From positions 1,293,324-1,357,323 of the forward strand of contig OZ316891.1 of the NCBI GenBank assembly GCA_973895155.1: a DNA stretch of 64,000 nucleotides, in the 5' to 3' direction. Made by a program: the position numbers and the translations under genes. The notes beneath the pieces are model-generated. The model was not told where the DNA came from, did not search any database, and saw only the letters and a program-made list of their open reading frames with translations. Shown here piece by piece: positions 20,868 to 31,540 of this stretch. The DNA comes from Marsupella aquatica. Lineage: Eukaryota; Plantae; Marchantiophyta. The stretch's first letter is position 1. Every line of letters starts with the position of its first letter.

Positions 20868-22901
20868 TCTTTCCTACTTTCTCGTCTTCAATACCAGCTG
20901 CTGTTACACGCCCTCCTCCTCCCCTCCCTCTAGTCTGTTAAGGGCTCGTCTGGTGTGCTTGAGAAAGACAATCTCCTTACAGCTTTTTGCTCCCCAATGA
21001 GGGTCGGAACACCTCGCTAGAATTCCAATAAGATCGAATTTCGGAAGTTCCTGTTGGTGCGACTTCCAGTCGTTAATAACTGAGAGCCCACACCCCAGAG
21101 AGTTAACGCCTCTAAAAAACGGTCGATGGTATTGACTCGGAAGCCACAGGAACTGAACCTAAAGGACCATATCTTGAACCGTAAGGGAGACCGAAATGCA
21201 ACGGTAGCGCAAAAAACCCTTTAATTCCAGTGAGTATCTGCCTTGTCCCCAGAACAGCCTCCTGCTTGAAAGCCAAGGCAGTAGCAACAACAACGAAGAA
21301 CTGAACAGCCCGACGATTGACTGACTGACTCCTCGATAATTCAAAAACACGCAAAATTCAGACCAGATTCACTTCTCACGTTTGTACGCGCAAAATTAAG
21401 ACCTGACTCCACTTCTCACTTTGGTGAGGCCCACCAAAACCAGAAGGGACGCAAATCCTTCTGGTGAATGACTGATTCAAAGTCAAATAACATACTAGCA
21501 GGTAAACTGAGGACAACACGTCTCAGATTGTGTAGGTAACCAAAAGGCAAACCCAACGGAAAACCTTGTGGTCGAATGACCGACACAGAGGCAAAAGGGG
21601 ACAGCAAGCAAACCTGAAGACAACACTTAATTTGTGAGACCAACGAAAAACGCCGAAGAAAAGGATTGACGGATAGCTGGACTCGTCGAGAACACATTAC
21701 AACAAGGAGACCATAGAAGACGAAGAACACATCGGAGACAAAATGCAGCCCAAGACAAAGAGAGGAAAATTTGAGGGACAATAGTGTGGCTGGAACAGGT
21801 GCCTCACCTCACATCGAATCAAATTACAAACACTTCAACAAATTACTCGACATTATGTTCATTCACAGACTCGTCACCTCGTGTGATTAGGAAACTTCGA
21901 AAGCACACAGGCAGGAGGAGGAGGAGGAGGAGCAACAACACAATGACCACGATAGAAAGAAAAGGAAGACTCAAAATGCAAGAAAAATACCGTCAGAAAG
22001 GTCGAGAAGATATGGCGAAACACTCGGAGAATGGTCACGGAAATGGAGAACGGGGTCCTCGTCAGATTGCTTGCACCAAAAGCACGTTCTCGCGTTGTGG
22101 AGTGGCTGTTCGATCTTCCTCTACGTACTCTTAGTCTTCCTCTTACTCTTTCGTCGAAGCTCTTCGTGAGTCTCTCTTTCTCTCCTTTTCTCTTCGCCTT
22201 CAGAGCTCACGGAGGAGGAGTTGATAGGAATAGAGAAAAAGCTCCCCTACGAGTCTCGGCTCATATCCGCAGTTACTTCGGCCGTGAATCGACGGCCAAG
22301 CATCCCACAGTCAGAGTCTAGCATCATCTCCGCCGTCGATAAGCTTTCGTGTCGATCGATTGGGGGTGAGAAGTTGACCCGAGTTGCCTTCCACGTCTCC
22401 TTTGGCACTTATTTTTCAGCTGCGAACTTTCGCCAAAATTACACTTCCCCAAAAAGTGTTCATTACTTTTGGCTGAAATTTGTTAAATTATTTGTATCTC
22501 TTTTGCCACTTTCCCACCAAATCATGGACCCCTTTAGCCAGAATCTGACTGTTATCCGTAAATCTAGGGATATCTGATGGTCAGGATATAATACACGAAA
22601 CCTGATAAAGAATACTCCTAGAATCTCACTTCCTTAGAGTGGCTGACATTAGCCACACTGGCTAAATACAAAAAACCTTAAAAATTAGTTCGTGGACACC
22701 CACCTGTTTTTATTCGATTGAGATTGAAAAGTGGATAGTTATTGATACAAATAAAAAATGTGTTAAAAAGTAGATAGTTATTGATATAGAATAATATGTT
22801 TCCGACAATGTTTATTTTTATTGGGACTTGTCATTTGTTTTTGCATGATACACCACATTGTTCTGAAAAATGAAACTTGTACTACATCATGGAAACAACT
22901 G

Positions 22902-23770
22902 TCACATCGCGTTGAATTTCCGCTTGGATGTGGTGGGTTGTTCCGTTGTTGTTTGGGCAGGGACGTCAGATAGCAGCCCCTGGTCGCTGCTCCTCCTCAG
23001 CCTGTCGATCAGGGACTGGGATTGCTGATGTGTCAGCCCTACCAACATATCAAGTGGCATCTTGAAATCATGCCTCAATCTGGTCAGTTGCTCTAGACGA
23101 GCTCCCTTTGTGACCTGGATGTACTCACACATCCCGTCCTTGTAAGTGAGCTGGTCTTCCTCGAACGGAACTGCCATGTACCTAAGAATCTCCTTCATGA
23201 CACCTGCAGTTGTTTTCAACACGGAGTTAGTGCTTAATGTGTGCATGAGATGGTTTAATTCATTTTTATTGAGGGTTTTCTCTTTGTGCTTACCAGTCGC
23301 CGGTTTATCTCCGTAATGATCGTAGAAGTTGGCCTTGAACACTTTCCTCTCCTCGATCATCTTCGACAGTTCTCTCCTCTTGATCCCATTCACCATCTCA
23401 GTTGTCTCGATTCCGAGACCATTGCCGAAAGCAATTTGTTTAGCCGTTACCTCCTCGTCAGTCCGGAAGTCATCCGACGGCAGCTCTCTCATGATCATCC
23501 TTGCCATCTCCACGGTTGTCATGGGCTGCACAAGAAAGACGTGAACAATGTGTTAGAACAATAGTGCCCGTCAATGTTAATGAATCTTGCAACTTTTGTA
23601 TCATCATTTCATTGTATATCGCTTGCATCAACAAGGTGAAGTATGATGTGGACACTGTTTACCTGAACTGTTGTAGGAGTAGCGCTCGTCGGATTGCTAT
23701 TTGCGCCTGTCATTGTTTCTCGTTGTTGTTGTGATGCCTTCGCTGCCTTGTTGCCTTTGGTGGTCGACAT
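22902..23770 (-). CDS. Hypothetical two-exon ORF just downstream of the Helitron RepHel. Exons 23770-23663 and 23525-22902, about 243 aa
   Basis: ATG (MSTTKGNK...), CAG|GTAAAC donor, TTGTGCAG|CCC acceptor in frame with the 209-aa ORF; C-terminal SKRKF basic motif. Confidence 0.55.
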
Positions 23771-26700
23771 CTGCTTGTTGAACACGACGAATCGGTAAGT
23801 GGAACACTTTGAAGTCCGGCGGCGTAAGATCTCCAACAATGCGCATGAATGCTCTATTTGTGACCCTACTCAACATAACGTACACTAGTCCCGGTGTGAA
23901 TGCACTGTTTATTTCTAGCACGACCTTGCCCGCTAGTGTGCAACCTTGGCTCTTGTGACCTGTTATGGCGTATCCGAGCATGAGAGGGAAAGTGGATTTC
24001 CGATGGGTTTGCTGTCCCGAGATGAACTTGTTCTCGTGAACCGTGCAGTTGATCTTTATGAGGCAGTGGTTGGAAGACATTCTCACAAAAATCGACATTT
24101 TGCCTTCGGCTTCTGTAGTGATTTTCTCCACGATTCCTCCGTTGCCGTTCGCGGCCTGCTTGGAGAGGTCAATGTTGTGTGTGAGAATCACCTTGCATCC
24201 GATTGCAACGTTCGTCAGTGTGTGGAAGGAGGGATCTTGTATCCAAGGCCGGGTGGATTCGTCTGAAGGGGCATTGGTGAGTATTGGGACGGGCACGATC
24301 TCTTGGCGTGGAAAATATCTCCGTAATGCCCGTTCGTTGTAGTTGTCGACTATTTCTCTATGTGTGCATATCACGGTCATCGAGGCGTCGATGAAATCAT
24401 GGGCTTCTTGTTTGGACACGTAACATCGTCCCAGGCACTCATCGATCGATTCTTGGGTAGGGAGGCCTGTGCGGATGTTGTTAAGGAACTCCATGAACTC
24501 CCGATCTGTGCTCTGTCTAAGCACAGTGCTGAGGTGAAATTTCCGCATGGTCTCAAAATATGGCGAGGATGAGAGGTGGCACGACCTGCATATGTCGTTG
24601 GTGTGGTGGGTGCAAACCGGAGGCAATTGGCACATGTCTCCGACCAGGATGACCGTCTTATTTTGGAACGGGTCGGATGAGCAGTCCTCGTCTTGGAGTG
24701 TCTCGTGTAGTCTTGTGGAGACGCAACGCAACAATTTGGGTGTCAGCATGCTCGCCTCGTCTATGATGAACACGTCATTGTTCCTCAAGATGCGATATTG
24801 GGAACTGGTGATGTGCAGAGGCCTGAGCTCTCCGTGTATTGGAATGCTGAACAAGGCATGCATTGTCACCGCGTCCGCGTGAAGGTTTATGGCAGCTGTG
24901 CCCGTGGTGGCACACATCTTCACCTTCCTCCCTTTATATGTCCAGTATTTGTTCATGAAAGAGATGAAGACAGTCTTGTCGGATCCCGGATTTCCATCGA
25001 TCATGAACAGACCGCTCTTGACATCCTTGAGTGCCTCAAACACTCTGATTTGGTCCGGAGTCAAGTTGACGGTCGGGAGAGTTTTGTCGTTGAGCACCGC
25101 GCTGATCGGTTTCTCTACGGCGACGATGGGGACCGCTTGGAATGTGGTCGCGTCGTTGAAAATTTGGTGGGGAAGCTTTTTGTTCAGCTCCTGTAGCAGG
25201 TGGGATGTGTGGTGGGTGGAGTAGAGGTGCAATGCGCAATAATCAAGCACCAACTTGTGTACGTCATCGACGCTGGTTATCAACTTGCGGTGTATGCACT
25301 CGTGCAAGTAGCTCCACGTCTTGCTTATGGGCCTGAGGAGAATCTTGCCTTCTGCACGGAATCTCACGACCTTCAGGAGGTAGTTGTAGAAGAAGCCATT
25401 CATCTTGTATACTGGATGATACTCCAAAAATTGCACGAGCCGATCCATCCGATACACGAAATTGCCTTGCAAATCCCTGCCGACATAGTCTTTGGTGGTG
25501 CTTTTCTTATTGGTGAGGACCTCGTGGTTGGTGAAGTAGTCGTAGAAGGATATTGCAAACATGTCCTCGGGCCTCTGTGCGTAGAGTCTGGTGGGATGCA
25601 AACATATCCCCGAGGACTTACGGTAGATGGCGGACCTCAGTTCCGGAGACGACGAGTCCATGAACGCCACTGTTTCCGAGCGATGGATGATGCTGATTTT
25701 GAGGCACGTCAAGGTCGCCTCCATGGCACACACGCTCCGAGATAGGACGGCTCCGCTGACAAGCTTGAGTTGGACTTCAGATAGGTCCTCGAGTCCTAGA
25801 GTGCGCGCATCATTCGCGTTGAGCTGGAGTGATCCCAAGGGCTCGCATTTGATCGCATACTTGAGCAAATAGAATGACCAGGCGGCGTTTGTGACGCGCT
25901 GCAGGTTCATGTGCGCGCCCCACAATAGCAACACGAACGGGTGGTATGGCACGACGTTTTGGTGATGGTCGCTTGGCCTGTGATACCTCCATTTCCCCGT
26001 GGCGGGGTCAATGGCCGCATCTTTGTCGAGGTGAGTTTCTTGGGGGAAACCCAACTTGCAGTACTTGAGGCCGGTTTGGGAATGCCTTTGCAAGCACAAG
26101 CCCTCCTTGCAGTAGTGAAGTTGTTTCGTCACCACGTTGCGATATAGGGTCTTTTCTTCAAGTCCATTCGGCTCTTCGAATCTGCCAGATGTCGAGTCAA
26201 ATCTGCCAGGGATGAATGCGGCAATTTTGTTCGTGACTCGATCGACGTCGCAATCCTTGATCCATAGCACCGTGTGGGCGTGGAGTGATCCACGGCCCTA
26301 CAACTCGTACCTGATGACGTAGTGGATCACATTTCCAATTATGGCGCATTTCAACAAAATGTAATCCCTGAAAAAATGTTGGATTCGTTCGTGGAAGAGC
26401 ACAGCGCATTCGACAGGACAATCTTTCCATGAGAAGGTCGGATTCATCCTCTTCACAAGGTTCTCGAGGTCGGCGATCTCAGGCCAACGGGTGTCGCTGA
26501 GCTCGTCGCAAGTGAGCGTGAGGAAGAAATGGGGCAGTCCCCATTTTCTCACCATGCACTTGAGGTCATCGAGGTGTCTTCCGTGCCACGCCGGGCTCCC
26601 AGGAACGGCCTGCGTGATTGTCTTTTTTATCAGCATTTTGTATATTTCCTTCTCGCTAAAGTGGGGGCACTTCTCCTTGATCTGCATGTATTCCTTGTCG

Positions 26701-27810
26701 ATTACTATCGTTCTGCTCATGCTTGCTACTTGGCTAGCCTATCGCAATTGGTACATGATAAGCATGTACGGCTTGTACAAAGTGAATATGTTGAACAATT
26801 GTTGTGTCCTCCGTTTCATGTAGTCGGTCAAGCTGAGTTGTCCTCGATGGAAACCCCTTGAGTGGACGAACAAGAACGAGAACATTGCATTTTCCAATGT
26901 CAATTGTGGATCATTCGATAGTCCTTCCGCGTCGGTGTTGACGCTCTCTTCGGAGCACATTCTCTTGCGGTCGTACACGGTGCCGGAACGAAAGACCTGG
27001 TACTTGCACTTGTGTGAAGTCGGGATCCTGTACTACACATCTTGGAGGATGTGCAGGTCGGGGTCGAATGGGTCAAAGTTCATGGATCTCGTGGTGATTC
27101 CCTTTGCCCTCTTGTCTTTGATGATGTTCTCTACTTAGGATGCATAGTCCCAATGACAGGTCTGGCAACTCGACCAATGAAACGTATCTTCTGAAAAGTT
27201 GGTTGGTTGTCAAATTGAGTTCCATGACCTTGTATATCTGTCGCATGATCTCCTCTCGATTATTGCATTCTAGCGTGTCGAGATTCCAGGATATGAGCGG
27301 GTTGTCAAGGAGGCTTTCCTTTTTGTAGAAGCCAGAGTGGAAGCCATTGTACTTTTGTATGATGCCTAATTGACAATCGATTAGCGAGAGCAATTGCATG
27401 TACAACGGCTTCGTGGCTAGGATGTCGATCGCATATTGCGGAGATATGAAGGAGTTTATCTGGATATGGACGGGGTTTCGCACGCAAGTCACGCACACGT
27501 TGATTGTTCCATCTTGGTTCTCAATGTACTGGTTGACAAATGCGTTGCATATGCCGTACGACGTCATGTTCATCTTTGGTACGGTGGTGAATATTTTGTC
27601 GATCCTCGGAGTGTTTCCGTATCGAACTAGTCTGCACATCCCGCACACCTTCATGCCTTGGATTGTCTTTTGGCAGACGGCTCTCCATTCTTGGAGATAA
27701 AATGGGGCTGAGGCCCATCCTTGACATAACGGACTCAGTGACTTGGCATAGGTGTTTATTGCACGCCTTCGTGCGGCATGTCTCTTCTCAAACATTTTAC
27801 GCCGTGACAT
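23697..27810 (-). mobile_element. Helitron Rep/helicase gene, degenerate (stops and frameshifts), Helitron2/Helentron-type motifs
   Basis: N-terminal CxxC...CxxC; WGLPHFFLTLT; RYEL*GRGSLHAHTVLW (HUH); WGAHMNLQ...YLLKYAIKCEP (catalytic Tyr); PIF1 motifs GNPGSDKT, IIDEASM, GDMCQLPPV, YAITGHKSQG, GLVYVMLSRV. Confidence 0.93.
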
Positions 27811-27989
27811 TTTTGGGGAGACCTATGCAAAGGATTATGAACTCGTGAATTTTCTTAGCTAGGGTCCATCCAAAATTCGCTCAATGAAATTCCAGAAACA
27901 AGACTTGTAAATTATCACGATCTCGTAGTTACCAAGAAGAGTTGGTTGCTTGGCTCCAACCCAAGTTAGTAGAGCGCCAAACACCTCTT

Positions 27990-28400
27990 CAAAGTCATGC
28001 CATAAACACTTCTCGAAGGTCATGCCATAAACACTACTCGAAGGTGATGCCACTCATGAAGCAGGCGGCCGCGCCTGTATCCACTAACGCAACACCCAGA
28101 TTACCGTTAGAACTTGTGACATTCACAAAAACTGGCTTGTCAGGATTTATTGTCATAACCTTACGTAATTTCTCTCGCAACAACACCTTCTCTCCGACAG
28201 GCATATCCCCTACAGGGACCTCATCAACTACTAAGGGTTTGGTCAGAGCAATACTTACATTATTTCCCTTTTGCCCTCCATCTTCGCTCGTCTTGCCACC
28301 TTTGGTGGAACAATCCTTACTTCAATGATGACCCATGGCGCCACACGTGAATCACTATAAAGTTGTGCAGTTGTGTATGTAGGGTCTCTTGCCCCGTCGG
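27990..28400 (-). pseudogene. Gypsy gag-protease fragment
   Basis: Reverse strand shows a degenerate zinc knuckle (FTCGAMGH..SKDC) followed by the aspartic protease motif ALVDTGAAACFMS. A ~25-bp tandem repeat sits at the truncation point (~27998-28052). Confidence 0.7.
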
Positions 28401-28429
28401 GATACACACCAACTGGTTTTGATAATAAG

Positions 28430-28870
28430 TGATGAGCTTTTGGATATCACCCCTAAAGCTCATTTACCAAGACTTGTACCAAGTCAAGGCATAGTTCTCC
28501 TAGGTATTTTGGTTAGAGCATTACTCTCAACTAGGTTTTCCCAAGTTAACGGCAAGGAGGAGTCCTCTTGCGACTTCTTCCAAGACTTGTACCAAGTCAA
28601 GGCATAGTTCTCCCAGTTTTGGGTATCACCCCTAAAGCTCATTTACGTTACACATCTCTAAGCATTCCGCTCTAGATACTTAGTGGTGACATGAGCACGA
28701 AGAACCTCAACTAGGTTTTCCCAAGTTAACGGCAAGTAGGAGTCCCCTTGTGACTTCTTCCAAGACTTGTACCAAGTCAAGGCATAGTTCTCCCAGGTAT
28801 TTTGGTTAGAGCAATACTTACATTAAGGTATAGTTACCAATCAAGGTATAGTTCTCCTAGGTATGCAAAA
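28430..28870. repeat. Patchwork of shuffled 20-55-bp direct repeats
   Basis: caagacttgtaccaagtcaaggcatagttctcc x3 (~28468, 28581, 28761); tatcacccctaaagctcattta x2; ctcaactaggttttcccaagttaacggcaag x2. Confidence 0.85.
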
Positions 28871-29241
28871 CCCTATCGCATCATTCACACGATAATACGG
28901 TTTAGGTGGTGTTGGAGACACCCAAGTAAACCCGCAAGTAAATGGGCGTGGGCAAAAGCTACCATGTTAGCCGAATCAAGAAATTTGTCCAAGATGATGA
29001 TCCCAACCGGGATCAAGTCTTGCATTTGGACGCTATGCTAATGGAGGACGCTGAGGAGTTTGAGGTGGAGGCAATTCTATACGTTCGTTACAAACGCAAG
29101 TTGGGAAGGCAAATCTTAGAGTATTTGGTGAAGTGGGCTGGTTATGACCAGGCCGAGAATAATTGGCAACCGGAAGAAAATTTGGGTAATGCCTCAAAGA
29201 TTTTTGGAAGCTATCGTAAGCAAAGCGACCTACCGCCTTAG
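28860..29241 (+). pseudogene. Chromovirus (Ty3/gypsy) integrase C-terminus with chromodomain
   Basis: GPY/F-like YAKPYRII...YHVSRIKKF, then EFEVEAIL...EYLVKWAGYDQAENNWQPEENL chromodomain. Confidence 0.85.
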
Positions 29242-29371
29242 TTTGTGAATTGGTACAGGCAACTATAGAACCTTGTAATCTAATCTAATGAATTATATAG
29301 GTTTAATACTCAGTCAATATAAAGATATATTTGTATATATATATGTATATGTATATATTAAATTTTTTTAC

Positions 29372-30823
29372 TTCATGTTCTTTACAAAGTGAGGATCTTT
29401 GTTGCAATTCAAAATTGTAATGACAAAAAGCAATTCAAACATGGCTATGATTTGGAGTTGGTCCGGATTCGAAGCACACTAAACCGTCTTAAAAGGACCG
29501 CAACAGAGTAAATGCCAAATTAAATAACCAAAAATTATATTAGAAAATAGTAAGGAGTTTAGGGTTCAATAATCATGTTAGGGACCATACAAAAAGCAGG
29601 AAGAACTTGATGTCAGGAGACAGCAAACCTGTATGTAGAAGCGTTGTTTAACTTATCCGGAGCTTCTCTTCTCTAGGTAACTTGAAAACTCACGTCCAAC
29701 TTCCCAAACACCATTAAGTAAGTCAGCCGACACACCATGCCCTTTTTGCAAGAAGACTTGTGTGAGTACCAAACAAACTTTAAACCTCTAGTAAGTTACA
29801 CTAACACCCCGACTAACACGGAAACAATTCTAAGTATGCTTTAATTTGAGTTCATCTTTGCCAATCTAGTTCTTTGTTCACCCTCCCCCATACTTTTTTT
29901 TCATTTTTTAAGTTGTGTGATTATTAAAGACTCACTATCAGTTTTGTCTTTATTGGGAGTTGCCAACTCTAGACCATAGGCCTTAAATAGCTTTGCAAAT
30001 TATTAGTAAGATAGTTTAGCCTATAAAATACATCTCACATAAAATTGTGACTCACTTAAGTTTATTTCAGGTGTCAATCTAATTTCATGTTGTTTATGAA
30101 GTGAGGATCTTTGTTGCAATTCAAAATTGTAATGACAAAAAACAATTCAGACATGGCTATGATTTGGAATTGGTCCGGATTCGAAGCAAACTAAACCGTC
30201 TTAAAAGGACCGCAACAAAGTAAATGCCAAATTAAATAACCAAAAATTATATTAGAAAATAGCAAGGAGTTTAGGGTTCAATAATCATGTTAGGGACCAC
30301 ACAAAAAGCAGGAAGAACTTGATGTCAAGAGACAGCAAACCTGTATGTAGAAGCGTTGTTTAACTTATCTGGAGCTTCACTTCTCTAGGTAACTTGAAAA
30401 CTCACGTCCAACTTCCCGAACACCATTAAGTAAGTCGGCCGACACAGCATGCCCTTTCTGCAAGAAGACTTGTGTGAGTACCAAACAAACTTTCCATTAG
30501 ATAAAGTGTCCACCTGTAGTAAGTTACACTAACTAGGCCTCTTACCCAAGGTTCGTTCCTTGAAAGTAGAGATATGTAGAAAGAAAGAGCTTGCACGGAA
30601 ACAATTCTAAGTATGCTTTAATTTGGGTTCATCTTTGCCCATATAGTTCTTTGTTCACCCTCCCCCATACTGTTTTTTTTGTTTATCTTCATTTTTTAAG
30701 TTGTGTGATTATTAAAGACTCATTATCAGTTTTGTCTTTATTGGGAGTTGCTAACTCTAGACCATAGGCCTTAAGTAGCTTTGCAAATTATTAGTAAGAT
30801 AGCCTAGCCTATAAAATACATCT
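29372..30823. repeat. Tandem duplication of a ~0.7-kb AT-rich unit (about 29372-30035 and 30084-30823)
   Basis: aagtgaggatctttgttgcaattcaaaattg at 29387 and 30099; colinear high similarity to cctataaaatacatct; the second copy has extra blocks. Confidence 0.9.
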
Positions 30824-31540
30824 GACTATAAATTTCAGTCTAATTATAGGCTCTAAGTATAGGTCGCGTGACTCACTTTATTTAAGGTGTCTCTCTAATT
30901 ATAGGTCACATGAAGTCACACTAAGTTTTTGGAGTTTCCAACAAGTAAACGATCTCCCTAGGACACGATGACAAACGATATCAAAAACTTGGGGTAGGTT
31001 TATCTCTCAATACCCACCCTACACATTATAAAGTCTAAGAACCATGTAGTTCACTTTGGGAACGTAGTTGAGGTCCTGAAAAGAGATAAATCAATACACG
31101 CACCGAGCAGCACTGTAGATCTATGCAAACATTCTTTCACGCTTAAGACTCATGGTATAGAATTCTTAGATGCACTTTTTGTAAAAAAGCCTCCAAAGGC
31201 GAAAATAGATAATAAAACCAGACGAAACGACAAAGAACACGAGCAACTTACGGATCCACAATCGTAACGTCCTTTTTCAAATGCACACGTCCACCGCCAA
31301 GCGGCCGAACACACGCACGCTTCTGCTCGGCATAGACGACATTTTGCTTCGAGATTAAGTCCTCATAGTTTGTCTTCGTGACACTGTTGTTTGCTACAAT
31401 TCTCCACTTTCAAAATTCATCTCTTATGCAAGCCTCTTTGCAGTATTGATTAACCTGGATACACCCAAAAGAGATAGCACAAGTCATTTTCAAACCACAC
31501 TTGCATTCAATAAGTCCATTGAACTGACAATTAGACAGAA

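Noticed and set aside
23286-27848. Many plus-strand ORFs over the Helitron
   Set aside because: They are antisense shadows of the RepHel coding sequence.
28467-28795. Three ~33-bp direct repeats resembling a CRISPR array
   Set aside because: The spacers are long, unequal and share sequence with each other. The context is eukaryotic and there are no cas genes.
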